Shown: in pieces, positions 58,961 through 64,000 of the stretch
Numbering within the stretch: the stretch's first letter is position 1
Layout of the letters: every line of letters begins with the position of its first letter
Source of the DNA: a virus
Reading direction: 5' to 3' (one strand)
DNA: 64,000 nt
IMG/VR virus record: IMGVR_UViG_3300010885_038456
Span: 3,423-67,422 of that record
The notes under the pieces: generated by a model
Databases searched by the model: none
What the model was told of the DNA's origin: nothing
Seen by the model: the letters and a program-made list of their open reading frames with translations, nothing else
Position numbers and translations under genes: made by a program

Positions 58961-60178
58961 ATGAGTAAGAAAGAAATTAATGGTTCAGTAGGTTACACCA
59001 ATGAAATCTACAAAGTGGAATTAATCAGTAATCGTTACCAATTGGTAGACACTGATGGTAAGGTAGTCCTGAATGGTAATAAGATAACCGGTTCGGGCCA
59101 TCGTAAGCAGGCATTCGAACGGGGATTGGCAATTCGGGCCTATGTGAATGGTAGTAATACCAGTTATCGTAAAGTACCTATTGAGCAGTACAACCTAATC
59201 GCTAAACCACTTCATACGGATACAGCAGAGACGGTTGTTGAGAACCCATCGGAACACATTGATGTTAAGGAGTTTATACATAAGGAAGGTATTAAGTTAA
59301 AACCTAAGAATCTCCTAATGACTGAACTAAAATGGAAATACCTCATTCGTTCCGCAGTACGTGGTAGGAATATTATGATGACAGGACCGGCAGGTAGTGG
59401 AAAGACAATGGCGGCTAAAGCATTAGTTGAGGCGTTGAACAGACCGTACTTCTACTTCAACTTAGGTTCAACACAAGACCCGAGGGCAACGTTCATTGGT
59501 AATACCCACTTCAATAAGGAGACCGGTACTTACTTCTCAGAATCTACCTTTGTTAAGGCGATTAAAACACCATACGCAGTTATCCTATTGGATGAGTTGA
59601 GTAGAGCACACCCTGAGGCTTGGAACATTCTAATGAGTGTTATCGACCAGACACAGAGATACTTACGATTGGATGAGGCAGAAGGTTCACCTATTGTGAA
59701 TGTGGCTGAAGGAGTTACTTTCATCGCTACGGCTAACATCGGTAATGAGTTCACCTCAACGAGAGTATTAGATAGGGCATTAGTTGACCGATTCGTTACC
59801 ATAGAGGTTGATGTTCTGAACGCTGAGCAGGAGTATGAGTTACTTCAAATGTTATATCCACAAGCTGATAGTGATGATTTAAAGGCAGTTGCGGAGATTG
59901 TATCACATACCAGAGACCAAATCAAATCGGACGCCGGTAAGATAACAACCGCAGTATCGACCAGAACATCGGTTGAAATGGCTGGGTTACTCTATGATGG
60001 GTTCACTCTAATCGAATCCGCTGAAGTGGCAATCTTCCCTATGTACTCCACAGATGGTGGCTTGGACTCGGAAAGGACATATATTAAACAATTGGTTCAG
60101 AAGTATATGAAAGACGAAAGTGGTGAGAAGTTATTCACCCTCGATCGAGACAAAGAAGATACTTCAATCAATTGGTAA
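58961..60178 (+). CDS. MoxR-family AAA+ ATPase (CbbQ/NirQ/CobS-like)
   Basis: Walker A GPAGSGKT, Walker B ILLDE, IATANIG, LDRALVDRF, VSTR. Confidence 0.9.
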   Translation: MSKKEINGSVGYTNEIYKVELISNRYQLVDTDGKVVLNGNKITGSGHRKQAFERGLAIRAYVNGSNTSYRKVPIEQYNLIAKPLHTDTAETVVENPSEHIDVKEFIHKEGIKLKPKNLLMTELKWKYLIRSAVRGRNIMMTGPAGSGKTMAAKALVEALNRPYFYFNLGSTQDPRATFIGNTHFNKETGTYFSESTFVKAIKTPYAVILLDELSRAHPEAWNILMSVIDQTQRYLRLDEAEGSPIVNVAEGVTFIATANIGNEFTSTRVLDRALVDRFVTIEVDVLNAEQEYELLQMLYPQADSDDLKAVAEIVSHTRDQIKSDAGKITTAVSTRTSVEMAGLLYDGFTLIESAEVAIFPMYSTDGGLDSERTYIKQLVQKYMKDESGEKLFTLDRDKEDTSINW

Positions 60179-60189
60179 TAAGGCATATA

Positions 60190-60366
60190 GGGTATAGTAT
60201 GGTAACTCTCTCAATATAACTCCCATACATACCCACATTAGGTAGGCGGAGGATAGGCACTCTTTTCATAACGGATGGCCAATGACCCCTACCTTACTGA
60301 ATTTTTCATAGTTTTAGATTTAGTTTTTTACAAAGAATGCACCCGCTCATTTAGAGTGGGTGTTTT
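60190..60366 (+). ncRNA. candidate structured antisense RNA (two hairpins, an antisense tract and a terminator)
   Basis: Stems GGGTAT-A-GTATGG/CCATAC-ATACCC and AGGTAGG/CCTACCT; loops complementary to leader and start-codon sequences. Confidence 0.5.
60339..60366 (+). terminator. intrinsic terminator
   Basis: GCACCCGCTC/GAGTGGGTGT stem followed by TTT. Confidence 0.7.
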
Positions 60367-61025
60367 CACGTTGCCTTACGGATTACAAATGTAATTTACA
60401 AATGTAACTAATTGACTACCAACCGCATCTGACCGGCATCGGACTAACCTAATAATAAAACAGCTAACACTAAGACAAGTACACACAATGGGTAAGTATA
60501 AGCATACCAGAGTATTACATAGGATATACAACACATAGAGTATAACGTTGGGATAACACTCAGTACCCACAGACCGGTGGACTGAATTTCATGTTACTAT
60601 GGGTAGCGGCGGGTGCTGCAAGGGGGCTCGGACCTGTTAAAATATCGAGGTCAGGTTTTTTCGCTATGGAAACGTTTTTTGATAGTAGGTGTGACACACC
60701 AGATACGCAGTATAGTAATACGTTGGTTACCCATCCGTACAAAGTACATCCGTACAAAGTACATCCATAATGAATTTGATTCGTAGCAATAGTACATTCA
60801 GCTAGATATGGATTACTGTAACCTACATTACTGTAATGGGCGTTACAATAAAACCTACCATATATGAGAGGGGGAAATGATTCGTTTTCAGAAAATTTTA
60901 ACTATACTGCGTATTTGATAGTATTTAGTAATGTGGAATATTTATTGTATATTTGTACAACTGTACGAAGGTACTAATGTACGAAGGTACTATTGCTACG
61001 AATGATAACTAATAAGATAAGAGAT

Positions 61026-61451
61026 ATGAAAATAAGAATACTGCCATCTAAGATAATCCCATTAATGTACTATGTACGGATACTGCGTATTCAGCTATTA
61101 GCATTGATAATGAGTGGGTGTGTATCTATACAAAGTATGGTAACGGCTAGTATACCTTCAAGTAGACACGGAGTTGTGTATAACTATGATGAGTATTATA
61201 TCTATGGTGGTGAGGTATACTACTATACTCCGTACTCTGTACCGCCGTACTCACACATACGTTCGACATATAGGGTGCCGGTGTATTACCCACATAAATC
61301 ATACGCAGTGCGGAGATACAAAGTACATAGTACCCGTCCTAATACCGGTACGAAGTACGAAGGTACGAAGTATGGAGATAAGCAATACGAAGGTAAGCAT
61401 TACGAAGGTAAGCAGTATGGGGGTGGTAACTCATCGGGTAGGAGAAAATAG
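61026..61451 (+). CDS. putative Tyr-rich lipoprotein with KYEG-like repeats
   Basis: LLALIMSG-C lipobox-like; TKYEG/KQYEG/KHYEG repeats; start uncertain. Confidence 0.5.
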   Translation: MKIRILPSKIIPLMYYVRILRIQLLALIMSGCVSIQSMVTASIPSSRHGVVYNYDEYYIYGGEVYYYTPYSVPPYSHIRSTYRVPVYYPHKSYAVRRYKVHSTRPNTGTKYEGTKYGDKQYEGKHYEGKQYGGGNSSGRRK

Positions 61452-61488
61452 AGTTAAACGACATTATTAAACAAACGGATAAGTTATT

Positions 61489-62493
61489 ATGATACGCAGT
61501 ATAGTTAACGGATTAGATACACAATACACCGAACTACTTAAAACGATAGGTAAATACGGAATCCTTAAAACCGATAGGACTGGAACAGGCACCAAATCGA
61601 TTTTTGGGTACACTATACGGCATAAGATGAGTGAAGGGTTTCCACTACTCACTACCAAACGAATGGCTTGGAAATCGATTGTAACTGAGTTGTTGTGGTT
61701 TTTACGAGGTGATACTAACATCAGATACTTAGTAGATAATGGGTGTCACATATGGGATGGTGATGCTTATAAGAACTATCAGAATAGGGATGGTAAATGC
61801 TATTGTGGACATACAACTGATTGTGATTGTGGGGATATTCCAAAAGAAGAGTTTATCGAACGTATCCAAACCGATGATGCCTTTTGTGAGAGGTGGGGGG
61901 ATTTAGGTCCAATCTATGGTAAACAGTGGAGAAAGTGGGAAACAGATGATTTAGATGCACCTCGTTATGAGCATTGGAAAAACTATATAGACCAAATCGC
62001 TAACCTCGTTTCTGAACTCAAAACCAATCCGGATAGTAGAAGAATGATAGTAAGCGCTTGGAACGTTGGAGAATTAGACCAAATGGTTCTGCCACCTTGC
62101 CACTACGCATTTCAATGTTATACTAGAAAAACAACAAGAGAAGAAAAGATAGTCCATCCTGGAAAATATAGAGCAATCTCACTAATGTGGAATCAACGTT
62201 CAGTCGATACATTCTTAGGACTTCCATTTAACATTGCATCCTATGGATTACTATTAGAGATTATAGCAAAAGAAGTGAATATGGTTGCAGATGAATTGAT
62301 TGGTAACTTAGGTGATACTCATTTGTATCTGAATCATTTGGAGCAGTCTACTGAGCAGATTGGTAGAGAGCCGTATCCGTTACCAACGTTATCAATTACA
62401 GGTGATGGTGGGTTTATGGGGTATTCACCTACCGATTTCCGATTGATTGGATACGAATCTCACCCAGCTATTAAAGCACCGCTGAGTAACTAA
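61489..62493 (+). CDS. thyA: thymidylate synthase
   Basis: DRTGTGT, FPLLTTK, ELLWFLRG, LGPIYGKQWR, PDSRR, LPPCH, QRSVDTFLGLPFN, HLYLNH. Confidence 0.97.
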   Translation: MIRSIVNGLDTQYTELLKTIGKYGILKTDRTGTGTKSIFGYTIRHKMSEGFPLLTTKRMAWKSIVTELLWFLRGDTNIRYLVDNGCHIWDGDAYKNYQNRDGKCYCGHTTDCDCGDIPKEEFIERIQTDDAFCERWGDLGPIYGKQWRKWETDDLDAPRYEHWKNYIDQIANLVSELKTNPDSRRMIVSAWNVGELDQMVLPPCHYAFQCYTRKTTREEKIVHPGKYRAISLMWNQRSVDTFLGLPFNIASYGLLLEIIAKEVNMVADELIGNLGDTHLYLNHLEQSTEQIGREPYPLPTLSITGDGGFMGYSPTDFRLIGYESHPAIKAPLSN

Positions 62494-62578
62494 TACACAT
62501 CAATGCGACCCGTTCGTCTACCGGTCTTACTTAAAATATAAGTGGACTGTAATCCGAATTGGGAATACATATAACCAA

Positions 62579-62650
62579 GGCCCGTTCGTCTACCGGTTAG
62601 GACATCAGGTTTTCATCCTGGAAATAGGAGTTCGATTCTCCTACGGGCTA
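62579..62650 (+). tRNA. tRNA-Glu(TTC)
   Basis: GGCCCGT/ACGGGCT acceptor, loop TT-TTC-AT, AGGAG-TTCGATT-CTCCT. Confidence 0.9.
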
Positions 62651-62677
62651 CTATCTAAAGAATTTAAACGACGACAA

Positions 62678-62911
62678 ATGAAACTAAAACAATTTTTGGA
62701 AAACATCAACACATTGGTGGAACAACATCCACACATATTAGAAGAGTGTGATGTGGTATTCTCTGCTGATGCTGATGATGAACTAAACCACGCAACGATT
62801 AATAAGATAACATACCAACCTACATTGGGTCACCTTTCGGATATCGATTTTCTCGAGGTTGAAGATTGGGATTCACCCGATAGTGGTATAAATGCTATTT
62901 GTATTAATTAA
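62678..62911 (+). CDS. hypothetical acidic protein
   Basis: 77 aa ORF ending NAICIN. Confidence 0.7.
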   Translation: MKLKQFLENINTLVEQHPHILEECDVVFSADADDELNHATINKITYQPTLGHLSDIDFLEVEDWDSPDSGINAICIN

Positions 62912-63014
62912 CATCTTTTAACATTATTTAACTAAATAAATTTGGATATCTCCGCAGAATTGATTATCTTTATGTATTGAGTTTAGAGAGAGTGTTAATT
63001 AAAACCAAAAAGTT
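62908..63014 (+). repeat. promoter-leader repeat, copy 9
   Basis: (TTAAC)x3, TTTGG, TATCTTTATGTATTGAGTTTAGAGAGAG. Confidence 0.85.
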
Positions 63015-63224
63015 ATGAGTTTCTTAGAAGAGTTAAAAGGGTTTATTGAGTATTGTAATGAGTTCTACAACATTAACTATGGTTTGTATCCAGTCGCTAC
63101 TACGGAAGAGATTGAGATGGCAGTTGGGTATTATCTAATGAACCCACATACTTGGGATGTACAATTCGATTCATTGGATAGAGAAAAGGTTAGAGAGATA
63201 TTAGGTGATTATAGAATAGTATAA
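63015..63224 (+). CDS. phage hypothetical early protein
   Basis: FIEYCNEFY....GLYP...FDSLDREKVREI. Confidence 0.75.
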   Translation: MSFLEELKGFIEYCNEFYNINYGLYPVATTEEIEMAVGYYLMNPHTWDVQFDSLDREKVREILGDYRIV

Positions 63225-63231
63225 GCAAAAT

Positions 63232-63332
63232 AGTCAGGTGGCGGAATTGGTTAGACGCTGACCACAATAAGATAGGTTTACAATATGGTCTTAAAGTTAC
63301 TTATCATACAGGTTCGAATACTGTCCTGACTA
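63232..63332 (+). ncRNA. tRNA-like RNA (Leu-type D-arm) lacking a canonical anticodon loop
   Basis: AGTCAGG/CCTGACT acceptor, GCG-GAATTGGTTAGA-CGC D-arm, ACAGG-TTCGAAT-ACTGT T-arm; GACCA/TGGTC stem encloses 21 nt. Confidence 0.7.
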
Positions 63333-63360
63333 CAATTAAATTAAGTTATATAATAGTATT

Positions 63361-63636
63361 ATGAAAAAAACAACAGAAGTAGCAGGTGTTATTGAGACGG
63401 TGATATATGAATCATCCGTTATTCACTCAACGGTATACAATACTAAGAGTGGTGATTTAGTTGTAGCATTTAAAAAGAATGGTACAGATTCTATTCCATA
63501 TACAAAGGAGTATTCGTATAAGGGCGTATCGGTTTCTGATTACGAAACATTCAGAGATGCTGATTCAACTGGTAAGGTATTCAACGTTACCGTTAAGGGT
63601 AAGTATAATACTACATCCGAAATTGCTTTAATCTAA
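63361..63636 (+). CDS. KTSC domain protein
   Basis: ESSVIHS..YN.....L.V.F...Y.Y.GV....Y..F..ADS.GK.FN..VKGKY. Confidence 0.85.
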   Translation: MKKTTEVAGVIETVIYESSVIHSTVYNTKSGDLVVAFKKNGTDSIPYTKEYSYKGVSVSDYETFRDADSTGKVFNVTVKGKYNTTSEIALI

Positions 63637-63641
63637 TCCGT

Positions 63642-63821
63642 ATGGCAGATATATCAATGTGTAGTGGTGAAGGTTGTCCTAAGAAGGAAAACTGCTACCG
63701 ACATACTGCATATGCTAATGAGTTTATGCAATCGTACTTTACCGAAGTCCCATTAAAGGAAGATAAAACTTGTGAATGGTATTGGGATAACATAGATAGA
63801 AAACAAAACAAATTAAACTAA
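63642..63821 (+). CDS. small Cys-rich phage protein (not in ORF track)
   Basis: MADISMCSGEGCPKKENCYRHTA...QSYF...CEWYW. Confidence 0.7.
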   Translation: MADISMCSGEGCPKKENCYRHTAYANEFMQSYFTEVPLKEDKTCEWYWDNIDRKQNKLN

Positions 63822-63822
63822 A

Positions 63823-64000
63823 ATGAAAAAACCAAAATTTAACTTATCTTTGTATCGGAATTACAGATTTGTTTGGATACCATATTTCCGTAAACGGAAG
63901 TTAATGTGGAAAGACAAATTTGATACTCCAAGATGTGAGAGAGAACCATACTTTGAATTTGAATGGTTATGGTTTGGTGTCTATGGTGTGTGGGGTGATG
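63823..64000 (+). CDS. hypothetical protein (partial, runs off window)
   Basis: MKKPKFNLSLYRNYRFVWIP..., open to the window end. Confidence 0.6.
   Translation, partial: MKKPKFNLSLYRNYRFVWIPYFRKRKLMWKDKFDTPRCEREPYFEFEWLWFGVYGVWGD

Noticed and set aside
60168-60309. Minus-strand mini-ORFs starting at the antisense ATG contexts (60269, 60309)
   Set aside because: Only 33 and 6 codons, against the uniform + strand polarity; kept as an alternative explanation for the antisense RNA finding rather than as genes
61489-62493. ThyA homolog as dCMP/dUMP hydroxymethylase for DNA modification
   Set aside because: It has the canonical QRS.D.FLGLPFN motif with the dUMP-specifying Asn and is colinear with ordinary ThyA

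Overview
AT-rich, densely coding 64 kb segment of a large (jumbo-type) dsDNA bacteriophage. All credible genes are on the + strand in standard code 11. The host is most likely Bacteroidota: promoters follow the TTTG-N20-TAnnTTTG pattern, starts lack Shine-Dalgarno sites, and DUF4494- and Hc1-like genes are present. Layout: (1) 1-15.4 kb, a glycan biosynthesis cluster with many glycosyltransferases, a nucleotidyltransferase, a DegT aminotransferase, a formyltransferase, FabH, a FabG-like SDR and a duplicated GNAT+GT pair. (2) 15.5-21.6 kb, auxiliary and lysis genes (HAD phosphatase, CysC, cytidylyltransferase, ferredoxin, GH19 endolysin). (3) 21.7-32.4 kb, an operon of exported and outer-membrane proteins (cohesin/dockerin-like and C-type-lectin proteins, beta-barrels, lipoproteins, a CsgG-like protein, a secreted nuclease), interrupted by a NUMOD3 homing endonuclease. 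(4) 33-64 kb, an early/accessory region of small-gene cassettes, many headed by a conserved ~110 bp promoter-leader repeat. It also holds mgsA, an FNR-like oxidoreductase, groEL, a VWA/MoxR-AAA+ pair, thyA and tRNAs, including three non-canonical tRNA-Gly(UCC) and an anticodon-less tRNA-like RNA. The most striking unexplained signals are: a terminator-ended hairpin RNA after the AAA+ gene whose loops are antisense to the phage's own conserved leader and to start-codon regions; the atypical tRNA-Gly trio; the phage-encoded cell-surface assembly operon; and two repeat-rich non-coding regions that share a 17-mer. All family calls come from motif recognition by eye; no searches were run.
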